Part shown: positions 24,506-32,000 of the stretch, one piece after another
Layout of the letters: every line of letters begins with the position of its first letter
Numbering within the stretch: position 1 is the first letter of the stretch
Assembly (NCBI GenBank): GCA_001790095.1
Contig: MGBH01000001.1
Coordinates: 630,001-662,000 of the forward strand
Direction of reading: 5' to 3'
DNA length: 32,000 nt
From: Candidatus Saccharimonadota bacterium
GTDB lineage: Bacteria; Patescibacteriota; Microgenomatia; UBA1406; GWC2-37-13
The notes under the pieces: model-generated
Told to the model about the DNA's origin: nothing
What the model saw: the letters and a program-made list of their open reading frames with translations, nothing else
Databases searched by the model: none
Program-made: the position numbers and the translations under genes

Positions 24506-25765
24506 ATGATTTCATTTTTGAGCGTAATAATTTTTCTTTTAGGCTATATTGCTATTTCTCAAGAGCACCTAACAAGAGTAAGTAAAACATCAGTGAGCCT
24601 TATTCTAGCTGCGGTCTTGTGGTTCTTAGTATCAATAGGAGGATTTACTGGAATTGGACCAGCGCTTTCTGAATCTGGCGGAGAAATTTTCGGACTTGTA
24701 ATATTTCTTCTCTCAGCGATGACGCTCGTTGAAATACTTACTCATTATGGTTTGTTTAATTATATTTATCAAAAACTTGTAGAACTGAATTTGGATGATA
24801 AGGGACAGTTTTTTATCATTACTTTTCTTGCTTTTATTTTTTCTTCATTTCTAGATAATTTAACGACAACAATTATATTCCTTCAGATTTCAATAAGATT
24901 TTTTAAGGGTAAAAATCTTGTACGATCTGCTTCGGCTATTGTCATAGCTGCAAACGCTGGAGGAGTTTTCTCTCCAATTGGAGACGTTACAACAACAATG
25001 CTATGGTTGGCAAATAAGTTTTCCGCACAAACAATTTTCCAGCAGGGATTTCTTCCATCTTTAGTTGTCTTTATCGTGAGTACGGCACTCATCGGACGTA
25101 CCATTGCCAAAAGTGCACCAGATAAAATAGAAAAAGTAAGTAGGCTTGGTAGGACAGAATGGATAGTTATATCTTTATGTTTAATGTCTTTTTTGCTACC
25201 GCTTCTCATGACTCTTATTCATCTACCACCCTATCTTGGATTACTACTTGGGTTGGGAGTAGTATGGTTGTTGGTTGATCTAGCCAAGCTTCGTTCATCA
25301 CAAAGTGCAAGTCTCTCTGTATCGATTGAAAGGTTCTTTCAAAAAACAGACATTGCAAGCCTCTATTTCTTTATTGGAATTCTTCTCTCAGTCAGCGCCT
25401 TAAGTCATTTAGGTATCCTTGAAATAATATCACAAAAAGTCTTTACAAATACTCCCTCCGTGTCAAGAATCATCATAGGCAATATCACCATTGGAGGACT
25501 TTCTGCCATATTTGACAACATACCTCTTACGGCCGCCGCGATGGAAATAATTAAAACAACCGATACAAGTCTTTGGGTTTTATTAGCTATTACAACGGGG
25601 GTTGGCGGATCACTTCTTTTAATAGGTTCAGCTCCTGGAATCATTGCAATGGCAATTATCGAAGAATTGAATTTCAAATCGTATTTAAAGATAGCTACAC
25701 TACCAGCAATTATTTCCTATGGATCAGGTCTTCTCGTGTGGTATTTACAATACATCTTATTTTGA
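24506..25765 (+). CDS. nhaD: NhaD-type Na+/H+ antiporter (ArsB/NhaD permease superfamily)
   Basis: 419 aa and polytopic. SSFLDNLTTTIIF and ANAGGVFSPIGDVTTTMLWL resemble NhaD signature segments. Confidence 0.7.
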   Translation: MISFLSVIIFLLGYIAISQEHLTRVSKTSVSLILAAVLWFLVSIGGFTGIGPALSESGGEIFGLVIFLLSAMTLVEILTHYGLFNYIYQKLVELNLDDKGQFFIITFLAFIFSSFLDNLTTTIIFLQISIRFFKGKNLVRSASAIVIAANAGGVFSPIGDVTTTMLWLANKFSAQTIFQQGFLPSLVVFIVSTALIGRTIAKSAPDKIEKVSRLGRTEWIVISLCLMSFLLPLLMTLIHLPPYLGLLLGLGVVWLLVDLAKLRSSQSASLSVSIERFFQKTDIASLYFFIGILLSVSALSHLGILEIISQKVFTNTPSVSRIIIGNITIGGLSAIFDNIPLTAAAMEIIKTTDTSLWVLLAITTGVGGSLLLIGSAPGIIAMAIIEELNFKSYLKIATLPAIISYGSGLLVWYLQYILF

Positions 25766-25838
25766 CAAAACTAATCTCACCCTTATAGTATGAGTGTGAA
25801 AAAAGGAAAGCCCAAGAAGAGTATTTATCTCATAAAAT

Positions 25839-25863
25839 AAACCCGCAAAAAAACTGCGGGTTT
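25839..25863. terminator. bidirectional intrinsic terminator
   Basis: AAACCCGCA-aaaaaaac-TGCGGGTTT followed by ATTTTGT. The A-run on the other side allows function for the convergent minus-strand small ORF too. Confidence 0.75.
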
Positions 25864-25886
25864 ATTTTGTGTTTCTAATAATCTTC

Positions 25887-26054
25887 TTAAGTCTGCGATT
25901 GTGTATCGGTTGGTGTATTTGACGGGACTTCGTTCGTTGATGGTTCCGCCGGTACTACTGGAGTTGATGGAACCTCAGGTGTAACTGGCTCAATGGGAGT
26001 AATCACCGGAGGTGTGATTGGCTGTGTTGGGTTCGGATTTTGTGTATCATCCAT
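25887..26054 (-). CDS. possible small Pro/Thr-rich protein (55 aa)
   Basis: My translation: MDDTQNPNPTQPITPPVITPIEPVTPEVPSTPVVPAEPSTNEVPSNTPTDTQSQT*. TGTTATAAT lies upstream (26084-26092, minus strand) and the terminator downstream. It is below the ORF-track size cutoff. Low-complexity sequence. Confidence 0.35.
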   Translation of the reverse strand: MDDTQNPNPTQPITPPVITPIEPVTPEVPSTPVVPAEPSTNEVPSNTPTDTQSQT

Positions 26055-26194
26055 AAGTTTATAAAATGAACTAATAATAATTCATTATAACAATAAAAAT
26101 TGAAATGTATCTTTTAAAGATAGCTAATGTAGATGAAGAAGTTATTGCATGGATTAATGAATCCTACTATTTAAAGAGTAAATAATGAAGTATT

Positions 26195-26203
26195 TGATAT
26201 ACT
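26195..26203 (+). promoter_or_regulatory. extended -10 TGATATACT, leaderless
   Basis: ATG 26210 is 6 nt downstream. Confidence 0.5.
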
Positions 26204-26209
26204 TTTTGC

Positions 26210-26860
26210 ATGATAAGGGCAGTATTATTTGATTTTGACGGAACACTGGCAAACACTCTTCCTTTTTATATAAAAGCCTACGATAAAGCTATTAAATCAA
26301 TAGGATTTAAGTTTGATGAAAAGACGATTGTTGAAAAATGTTTTGGAAAAAAAGAAAAAACCGTGTGTGATTCGCTTGGGGTTCCAGAAAAAACTAAAGA
26401 ATTTACAGACAGTTATTTTTTAGCAGTAAAGGAGTTGTTTAGACAAGCCCCGCTTTTCGCTGAAACATTACCCTTATTAGATTGGTTGAAGAAACAAGGA
26501 ATAAAAATAATAATCATTACTTTTGCATATAGGTGGTATATTGACCAGATGCTGAAACAATATAACTTAGATGATTCTTTTGATTTTACGATAAGTACTG
26601 ACGATATTGTGCACCCAAAACCACATCCTGAAGCAGTATTTACGGCATGTAAAAAACTGGGGGTCCCACCTAAAAATACGATAGTAGTAGGTGATTCAAA
26701 AAGTGATATTTTGATGGGCAATGAAGCGGGAAGTAAGACTGTATTATATACACGTAAAGAGTATGATCTTTTTTATTCATTGGAAGAACTTAAAAAAACC
26801 AATCCAACGTATATAATCGATGATTTATCAAAATTAAAAGATATTGTGTTGAAAAGTTAA
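26210..26860 (+). CDS. HAD-superfamily hydrolase (phosphoglycolate phosphatase-like)
   Basis: Motif I LFDFDGTLANT and motif IV VGDSKSDILMGNEAG. Confidence 0.8.
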   Translation: MIRAVLFDFDGTLANTLPFYIKAYDKAIKSIGFKFDEKTIVEKCFGKKEKTVCDSLGVPEKTKEFTDSYFLAVKELFRQAPLFAETLPLLDWLKKQGIKIIIITFAYRWYIDQMLKQYNLDDSFDFTISTDDIVHPKPHPEAVFTACKKLGVPPKNTIVVGDSKSDILMGNEAGSKTVLYTRKEYDLFYSLEELKKTNPTYIIDDLSKLKDIVLKS

Positions 26861-26886
26861 ATCATCTAAATAAAAAGGGGGTTTCT

Positions 26887-27513
26887 CTATTTCGCCCTTA
26901 CAAAGAAGACAAGCCATTTTTTATTGGAATGATCTGTTTCATATGTCTCCAATACCTCAAAGCCCTCCCTTATCAATATATTCTTAAATTCTTCTTCTTT
27001 ATAAAAAGAAAAAAAACGTTTATATCCAATCCCACAATGATCACCCTCAACAAATTTTTCACCTTCTCCTTTTTTTAAAGTTATACAACCAATTGCTCCT
27101 TTTTTGATAACTTTGTGAATGCTTTGTAGGGCATTTCCTATCCTATCTTTTGGCATATGTAGAAGTACTGCACAAGCCCAAAATAAATCAAAACTGTCTT
27201 TTGGAAAATCCAGTTCATAAACACTTTGTTTAAGAAAGGTGATGCCGGGATTATCTTTGCGTGCTTGTTCAAGTAGTCCGTCGGAATAGTCGACTCCAGC
27301 ATAATCATATCCTAATTGAACTAATTCCTTAGCATCTATCCCGCTACCTGATCCAATGTCTAAAATTTTCCCAGAGGGTTGGTATTGTTTAAGTTTTTGT
27401 TTTTCTACCACCCATCTTTGATGTTTATTGTCTGTGAGGCGTGATGATGCAAACTTTGATGCGTTTTGATTATATGAATCGATCGTTTCCTGCTCTTGAG
27501 TAGTCAATTTCAT
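26887..27513 (-). CDS. class I SAM-dependent methyltransferase
   Basis: ILDIGSGSGIDAKELVQLGYDYAGVDYS (motif I / post-I) and FDLFWACAVLLHM. Confidence 0.8.
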   Translation of the reverse strand: MKLTTQEQETIDSYNQNASKFASSRLTDNKHQRWVVEKQKLKQYQPSGKILDIGSGSGIDAKELVQLGYDYAGVDYSDGLLEQARKDNPGITFLKQSVYELDFPKDSFDLFWACAVLLHMPKDRIGNALQSIHKVIKKGAIGCITLKKGEGEKFVEGDHCGIGYKRFFSFYKEEEFKNILIREGFEVLETYETDHSNKKWLVFFVRAK

Positions 27514-27520
27514 AATCTAT

Positions 27521-27528
27521 ATTTTACA
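27521..27528 (-). promoter_or_regulatory. extended -10 TGTAAAAT (minus strand), leaderless
   Basis: ATG 27513 is 7 nt downstream on the minus strand. Confidence 0.45.
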
Positions 27529-27546
27529 CCCTTCATCCTACCATTT

Positions 27547-27912
27547 CTATTTGCGTGTAGAGAAGATACCCATTATGAATCTCCATATAGAGGAAAAGGT
27601 ATTTTGTACTTTGTGTACCGCTTGCACTGGGAGTGGTTTAGGAGAGGGGGTAAGGGTTGGTTTAGGTGATGGGGTGATGGTCGGAAGAGGAGAGGGAGTG
27701 GGTGTTGCGGTGGGTAGAATTCGCGGTGTGACTGTAGCAAAATTTGATACAGGTCCTGCTCCGTATTTGAGCTCGTTTTGCCTCCCCATTTCTCTCAATC
27801 TATCAAGCGTTTCTTGTGAGGGTGGAGGAGGAAGACCAGCAGCTATAATCTGTCTTGTCAAAAAGGCACAAACCAAATTAGCTATTGAAATAGTGACAAC
27901 GTGTTTTTTCAT
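27547..27912 (-). CDS. secreted Pro-rich protein
   Basis: Preferred start is MKKHVVTISIANLVCAFL (signal-like). TPSPKP-type repeats follow. The track start 27945 would include the promoter box. Confidence 0.5.
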   Translation of the reverse strand: MKKHVVTISIANLVCAFLTRQIIAAGLPPPPSQETLDRLREMGRQNELKYGAGPVSNFATVTPRILPTATPTPSPLPTITPSPKPTLTPSPKPLPVQAVHKVQNTFSSIWRFIMGIFSTRK

Positions 27913-27927
27913 TTTTCTATATTGTAT

Positions 27928-27936
27928 ATTATACCA
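27928..27936 (-). promoter_or_regulatory. extended -10 TGGTATAAT (minus strand)
   Basis: ATG 27912 is 15 nt downstream on the minus strand. Confidence 0.45.
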
Positions 27937-27957
27937 AATTACCATATAAGGATATTT

Positions 27958-27966
27958 TGCTATACT
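27958..27966 (+). promoter_or_regulatory. extended -10 TGCTATACT, leaderless
   Basis: ATG 27974 is 7 nt downstream. Confidence 0.5.
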
Positions 27967-27973
27967 TTCTGTA

Positions 27974-28450
27974 ATGAAAATCGATTTAAGTAAATTAAAT
28001 TATTCTTTTAAGAAAAAACCCGTGCTTGTGGGTGGCGGAGCTATGGAATACTATGGATTAAGAAAAAGCGGCAAAGATATTGATTTTGTGGCTCATGATG
28101 ATGATGTTTTTGAACTCATCAAACTATACCCACATAGAGTGAAGGATTTATTTGGCGATCTTGGAGTATGTCCTCATATCTTTGAGATATGGAGAACTAT
28201 CTGTTATTTTGACTATTCTTACTATAAGGAAAATGCGATAGAGAAAGACGATTATTACATAATATCTTTAGAAAAATTATTAGTAATGAAAGCGCTCGCC
28301 ATGAAAAAAGCAAAATATCTTAAAGACGTCCATTTGATAACTGAGCATATTTTGAGCAATCAAGGATTAAAATATGAAGAACAAAGACGACTCAACAAAC
28401 GCATTTTGAGTCAAATAGAGAATATTGTGTATATTGAAAAGACTGACTAG
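27974..28450 (+). CDS. nucleotidyltransferase-fold-like small protein
   Basis: PVLVGGGAMEYYGLRKSGKDIDFVAHDDD fits the GG...G..R...DxD NTase pattern. ATG is 7 nt after TGCTATACT. Confidence 0.45.
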   Translation: MKIDLSKLNYSFKKKPVLVGGGAMEYYGLRKSGKDIDFVAHDDDVFELIKLYPHRVKDLFGDLGVCPHIFEIWRTICYFDYSYYKENAIEKDDYYIISLEKLLVMKALAMKKAKYLKDVHLITEHILSNQGLKYEEQRRLNKRILSQIENIVYIEKTD

Positions 28451-28474
28451 AAAGAGGTTGTTCAACTACCATTA

Positions 28475-29125
28475 TTAGAGTTTAACATAATCAATGATCT
28501 GCGAAAAAGTATCGGCGAAGAAATCAACTTTAATACCTTTAAAATCATCCCGTGTTCTTATCTTGCTTTCTAAAAGTGCGACAAAATGAAGACCTGCCCC
28601 TTTAGCACAAATGGCGTCACTTAATGAATCTCCCATGTAGACGGCCTCACTTGGGCCAACTTTGAATCGGGATAAAATTTCTTTAAAAACATGCGGATTG
28701 GGTTTTGAATGTTGCAGATTATCCTTATGATAAAATCCATCCAGTCTCTTGCTAAGGGAATGATCTATATGAATCAAATGCTTTACTTCACCCATTGTAC
28801 GGGAAGTCAAGATCGCCAACTTTAGACCTAGCATCTTGAGTCTGTCCAGTACCTCAAGATTAATATCGCTTATGACATCCACCTCATTTCTTTCTATGAA
28901 TTCGGGTAACGTTTTTTCTAAGCGCACCATAAACTCATCTTCGTTGATACCAGGAATCCTTTCTTTTATAGCATCTCTGATAGGTGTACCCCAATTCTTA
29001 AGATGAGTCCTATGATCCATGGGCGGAAAACCCATCTGTTTTGCAATGTGATTTTCAATGGTAAGACAGGCTTTTTCAGTCAGAGATAGGGTATCATCAA
29101 AGTCTATGATTACTAGTTTGATCAT
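28475..29125 (-). CDS. HAD-superfamily hydrolase
   Basis: Motif I VIIDFDDTLSLT and motif IV MGDSLSDAICAKGAG. ATG 29125 (MIKLVII) lies 7 nt after TGATATAAT; the track start 29236 is over-extended and overlaps the next gene. Confidence 0.8.
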   Translation of the reverse strand: MIKLVIIDFDDTLSLTEKACLTIENHIAKQMGFPPMDHRTHLKNWGTPIRDAIKERIPGINEDEFMVRLEKTLPEFIERNEVDVISDINLEVLDRLKMLGLKLAILTSRTMGEVKHLIHIDHSLSKRLDGFYHKDNLQHSKPNPHVFKEILSRFKVGPSEAVYMGDSLSDAICAKGAGLHFVALLESKIRTRDDFKGIKVDFFADTFSQIIDYVKL

Positions 29126-29132
29126 GTAGACA

Positions 29133-29141
29133 ATTATATCA
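29133..29141 (-). promoter_or_regulatory. extended -10 TGATATAAT (minus strand), leaderless
   Basis: ATG 29125 is 7 nt downstream on the minus strand. Confidence 0.55.
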
Positions 29142-29200
29142 ATAGATTTTTTGCCCTTGCAAACTTGAAAAATAATGTTATACCTATTAGTATATAGTCT

Positions 29201-29809
29201 ATGGGAGAAACAACTTTTCCATATCCCGCTCAGCAAAATAAAAGTAAAAAAACAAAGCTCCTCGTTATAGTGGGCGCCATTATACTTGCTTTGGTCGTAG
29301 TAGGTTTCATTATAGCCAGTCGACCAAAGGACACAGATGAAAAGAAGGATACGACAACTACTCCTACAGAAGAACCCTCACCCACAGAAAAACCAAAGAT
29401 AGAAAAAACAGAAGTAACAATCCAGGTATTGAATGGGACCGGTACTCCGGGTCAAGCAGGCACGGCAGTAAAAGCTCTTGAAGAAGCAGGATACAGCACC
29501 GACAATATCAAATCAGATAACGCTGAGGAGTATGACCATACAGTTACGACCATTGAAGTTCGCGCAGGTTTTGAAGAAATAGCCAATGACATAAAAGACA
29601 TACTTGAATCAACGTTTGATGAGATTACGGTAAGTTCATCCACTCTTGATGAAGATAGTGAGTTTGATGTCGTTGTGGTGACGGGAGGAGAGATATATAA
29701 AGCAGAGTCCTCCTCATCTTCATCTTCCGAATCCTCATCTTCCTCCTCATCGTCTTCATCATCCTCAAGCTCCGAGTCTCCAACGTCTACCCCAAGCCCA
29801 ACTCCGTAA
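29201..29809 (+). CDS. membrane-anchored LytR_C domain protein with a poly-Ser tail
   Basis: TM anchor LLVIVGAIILALVVVGFII, then VTIQVLNGTGTPGQAGTAVKALEEAGY (LytR_C pattern), then a Ser run and a PT-rich end. Confidence 0.7.
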   Translation: MGETTFPYPAQQNKSKKTKLLVIVGAIILALVVVGFIIASRPKDTDEKKDTTTTPTEEPSPTEKPKIEKTEVTIQVLNGTGTPGQAGTAVKALEEAGYSTDNIKSDNAEEYDHTVTTIEVRAGFEEIANDIKDILESTFDEITVSSSTLDEDSEFDVVVVTGGEIYKAESSSSSSSESSSSSSSSSSSSSSESPTSTPSPTP

Positions 29810-29817
29810 ATAGTTAT

Positions 29818-29826
29818 TGATATAAT
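29818..29826 (+). promoter_or_regulatory. extended -10 TGATATAAT, leaderless
   Basis: ATG 29834 is 7 nt downstream. Confidence 0.55.
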
Positions 29827-29833
29827 CTACTTA

Positions 29834-30436
29834 ATGAAGCTCCTTTATACGAAAATATGGAATTTAGCGAAACCATTTTATAAAAAAGGAAGACCTATGG
29901 ATATTGACCACATACAATGGATGATGAAGATGGTAAAAATCGTGTGTAAGAAGGAAGGTTTGGATGAAGAAATACTCATGCCGCTTGCCATCTTACATGA
30001 CGTTGGCTATGCAATACTATTGGATCCTGTTAATACCAACTATTATAAAAAAGATGTTAGAAAAGCTCATATGAAAACGGGGGAGGAGATTGCTAAAAAA
30101 ATTTTAGCTTCTGTCAATTACCCAAAAGATAAATCAAAAAGAATCATAAAGTATGTAGGAATCCATGACAACTGGGCGTTTGGTGAAGTTGAAATATACA
30201 TAAATGACAGAATACTTGGAACATTTAAAGACCTCGATTATCTTTGGATCTATACAAAAAAAGGGTTTGATGCAATAAAGAAAGTGCTTCATAAGAATGA
30301 AGCAGAAATGTTTAAACAGCTAAAAGATGAGGTTTCACCCATATACGGAAAAAAACCCTTTTCAACTTCCCTCACCCGTACATTAAGGGAGATCTATCTA
30401 CAAGAACGAAAAATTGAATATAATTTACTGGAATAA
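29834..30436 (+). CDS. HD-domain phosphohydrolase
   Basis: LAILHDVGY (HD motif) and a later GIHDNW. ATG is 7 nt after TGATATAAT. Confidence 0.7.
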   Translation: MKLLYTKIWNLAKPFYKKGRPMDIDHIQWMMKMVKIVCKKEGLDEEILMPLAILHDVGYAILLDPVNTNYYKKDVRKAHMKTGEEIAKKILASVNYPKDKSKRIIKYVGIHDNWAFGEVEIYINDRILGTFKDLDYLWIYTKKGFDAIKKVLHKNEAEMFKQLKDEVSPIYGKKPFSTSLTRTLREIYLQERKIEYNLLE

Positions 30437-30781
30437 TTTTTTCAGTGCGTCCTGATTTGCTGGAGTTATCATCTCTTTAAGTATATTAGTGCTTGAGGCG
30501 GGTAGAGGAGTGTTCATTTGTTTAAACAAAATGGTCGATATACCTATACTTATACCAAGAGCACAGATCGTCAATAAAAAAGCCATCAATCCTGCTTTCA
30601 TATCGTCTTTTGAACCGTCACCAAAAAAAATATATTTGATGAAGTAATATAGTCCAATAGGCGGTAACAGAATGCTCAAAACATATGCTTTTATATATCC
30701 TTGACGTGAGGCAAAACTACGTTCTTTCGTGTCTATCTCAAGAAGCGCTTGATAAGCTTCAATATCTTTATGTCCCTCCAT
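30425..30781 (-). CDS. small membrane protein
   Basis: The track start GTG 30796 is itself part of a GTGTATAAT box. ATG 30781 (MEGHKDIE) lies 6 nt downstream of that box. Two TM segments. Confidence 0.5.
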   Translation of the reverse strand: MEGHKDIEAYQALLEIDTKERSFASRQGYIKAYVLSILLPPIGLYYFIKYIFFGDGSKDDMKAGLMAFLLTICALGISIGISTILFKQMNTPLPASSTNILKEMITPANQDALKKLFQ

Positions 30782-30787
30782 GTTTAA

Positions 30788-30795
30788 ATTATACA
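30788..30795 (-). promoter_or_regulatory. extended -10 TGTATAAT (minus strand), leaderless
   Basis: ATG 30781 is 6 nt downstream on the minus strand. Confidence 0.5.
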
Positions 30796-30871
30796 CCGAA
30801 AAATACTACTTGACTTTTTTATTAATAACTATTACTATTTTTGTATTAGTTAATATTAATTACTAAATATT

Positions 30872-31318
30872 ATGAATAAAACTTATCTCATCATCGCAGT
30901 CGTTATAGTCTTGGGACTCATTGGGTTGTGGTATTTTAACCAACCCTCCTTTTCAACAAACAATGAATCTGCGCCAGCGCAGAGCTCTTCTGCTCCAACT
31001 AGTTCATCATCCTTTAGCAGTCCGGCCACCACCGAACAAGAGATGACGATTGTGCAGGTTGAAGCAGGATCTTTTTACTATAAACCAAGCATCATAACCG
31101 TAAAAAAAGGCCAAAAAGTTAAAATTGTTATGAATAGCGTAAGCCTTATGCATGATTTCAATATAGACGAACTTTCCGTCAAGATGCCTATCATACAAAG
31201 TGGAGGTACGGGCTCTGTTGAGTTTGTGCCGGATCAAGTCGGAACATTTGAGTATTACTGTTCTGTAGGTCAACATCGTGCAAATGGACAAGTGGGCAGT
31301 CTTATCGTACAAGAATAG
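30872..31318 (+). CDS. membrane-anchored cupredoxin-like copper-binding protein
   Basis: N-terminal TM and Ser-rich linker, then a cupredoxin-like VEAGSFYYKPS...LMHDFNI...FEYYCSVGQHRANGQVGSLIV with His/Cys/His ligand spacing. Confidence 0.65.
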   Translation: MNKTYLIIAVVIVLGLIGLWYFNQPSFSTNNESAPAQSSSAPTSSSSFSSPATTEQEMTIVQVEAGSFYYKPSIITVKKGQKVKIVMNSVSLMHDFNIDELSVKMPIIQSGGTGSVEFVPDQVGTFEYYCSVGQHRANGQVGSLIVQE

Positions 31319-31320
31319 GT

Positions 31321-31328
31321 TGTATAAT
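31321..31328 (+). promoter_or_regulatory. extended -10 TGTATAAT, leaderless
   Basis: ATG 31339 (mltG) is 10 nt downstream. Confidence 0.5.
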
Positions 31329-31338
31329 ACCTATATCA

Positions 31339-32000
31339 ATGCGTAAAATGTTTCTGATTGGCTCAATCATAGTGTCTGTTATCTTTATACTTTTCCTGTA
31401 CTATACCTTTTTTGCCGCACCAGGAAGCTCAAAGACTATTGAGATTGTAACCGTCCCTCAATCCTCCTCAAACTTTGACATGATGGATCACCTAGATAGA
31501 AAAGAGTTTATTAAAAATAAACAAGCGTTTCGCCTATTAATGGAATTATTCAAGAAGACAGACCAAGTACAGCCGGGCGGTTATCGGTTAAGTCAGAGTA
31601 TGGATTCATTTCAAATTCTAAAAAAAATCTCTTCACGTCCTGATCTTGTATGGGTTAAGATCGGATCGTGTCTGCGCAAAGAACAAATCGGCGAGATCTT
31701 AAGCCATACCCTTTCGTGGAAAAGTGATGAACTTGATAAGTGGAACACTATATACACTGATTCGCTACCTGAGTATTTTGAAGGCGTTTACTATCCTGAC
31801 ACATATCTTATCCCCAGAGACGAACCAGGGGAAGCCATAGCCAAGCGCCTCATCAACAGATTTAACGAACAGTTCGCCCCCTATGCAGCCCCATACATCA
31901 AGGCCAATATCAGATGGACAACAGGACTTAAAATCGCATCTCTTATCGCGCGTGAGGCGGCGGGAGGAGAAGACATGAAGCTCATATCCGGCATCATCTG
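31339..32000 (+). CDS. mltG: endolytic murein transglycosylase MltG/YceG (3' end beyond the window)
   Basis: My translation: MRKMFLIGSIIVSVIFILF...QPGGYRLSQSMDSFQILKKI...FEGVYYPDTYLIPRDE...LKIASLIAREAAGGEDMKLISGII, the typical YceG pattern. There is no stop before the window end, so it is absent from the ORF track. Confidence 0.8.
   Translation, partial: MRKMFLIGSIIVSVIFILFLYYTFFAAPGSSKTIEIVTVPQSSSNFDMMDHLDRKEFIKNKQAFRLLMELFKKTDQVQPGGYRLSQSMDSFQILKKISSRPDLVWVKIGSCLRKEQIGEILSHTLSWKSDELDKWNTIYTDSLPEYFEGVYYPDTYLIPRDEPGEAIAKRLINRFNEQFAPYAAPYIKANIRWTTGLKIASLIAREAAGGEDMKLISGII

Noticed and set aside
25790-25840. A 16-codon mini-ORF (MSVKKGKPKKSIYLIK) between nhaD and its terminator.
   Set aside because: It is too short to support from sequence alone, and the -10-like TATAGT abuts the ATG with no spacing for a transcription start.
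27551-27949. A 132-aa plus-strand ORF that exactly mirrors the minus-strand Pro-rich gene.
   Set aside because: Its Gly/Val-rich translation is the antisense image of the CCN-rich proline codons. The minus-strand frame has a signal peptide and a promoter; the plus-strand frame has neither.
29708-29776. A serine homopolymer-like tract (TCN/AGC codons) at the 3' end of the LytR_C gene.
   Set aside because: It is an in-frame low-complexity linker or tail, common in surface proteins of small-genome bacteria. Nothing suggests a separate element.
1475-31312. Short ORFs in the track that lie inside or antisense to longer domain-bearing genes: 1475-1708, 6515-6724, 7344-7577, 7834-8037, 8045-8236, 10264-10485, 11720-11953, 12028-12264, 12361-12576, 15327-15689, 16260-16451, 16454-16717, 16493-16708, 16900-17091, 20342-20587, 21726-22028, 22502-22705, 22638-22889, 24102-24311, 24883-25209, 25405-25677, 25573-25788, 26413-26721, 29452-29643, 31007-31312.
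   Set aside because: Each overlaps a longer ORF that has recognisable motifs. Their translations are low-complexity or Cys/Phe/Leu-rich, as is typical of shadow frames in AT-rich DNA, and none has its own promoter box.
1-32000. A search by eye for rRNA, tRNA (T-loop GGTTCGAATCC-like), CRISPR repeats, IS inverted repeats, transposase and integrase.
   Set aside because: None was found. Apart from short local motifs such as the TPSPKP-type repeats at 27547-27912 and the elements already reported, I saw no other regularly spaced direct repeats or long terminal inverted repeats.

Overview
This is an AT-rich bacterial window (about one-third G+C by eye) that uses the standard genetic code, with TGA as a stop. 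Almost no gene has a Shine-Dalgarno sequence, and many look leaderless. The gene content (MltG, LytR_C, NhaD, many tiny hypothetical genes) fits a small-genome uncultivated lineage such as CPR/Patescibacteria, but that is only a guess. The layout has four parts. (i) 1-3057, minus strand, holds a phage packaging module: a winged-helix protein, a ParB-fused DNA methylase, a TerS-like protein, and TerL running off the window edge. (ii) 3165-18133, plus strand, is a roughly 15 kb defence island of 12 co-directional genes. It is headed by a tightly coupled 5-gene operon: PLD-SNF2 helicase, a 1144-aa Eco57I-family m6A methyltransferase, an OLD-family ATPase/Toprim nuclease, a Cas4-like PD-(D/E)XK nuclease and a Zn-ribbon/HEPN protein. 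Downstream come a 5-TM protein, a basic protein, a membrane-anchored Mrr nuclease with an RNxxxH HEPN-like partner, and a multi-Zn-ribbon protein overlapping a nucleotidyltransferase. This combination matches no canonical system I can name and is my main candidate for a new system. (iii) 18169-24400 is an accessory stretch of small, individually promoted genes separated by copies of an intergenic motif of about 30 nt. It also contains a G+C-rich DUF1508 cassette with an SD and flanking direct repeats, and a gene frameshifted in a T7 run. (iv) 24400-32000 holds housekeeping-like genes: NhaD, HAD hydrolases, a SAM methyltransferase, LytR_C, an HD protein, a cupredoxin and MltG. I saw no rRNA, tRNA, CRISPR array, transposase or integrase. 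All domain calls come from reading motifs in the translations; no database search was possible.
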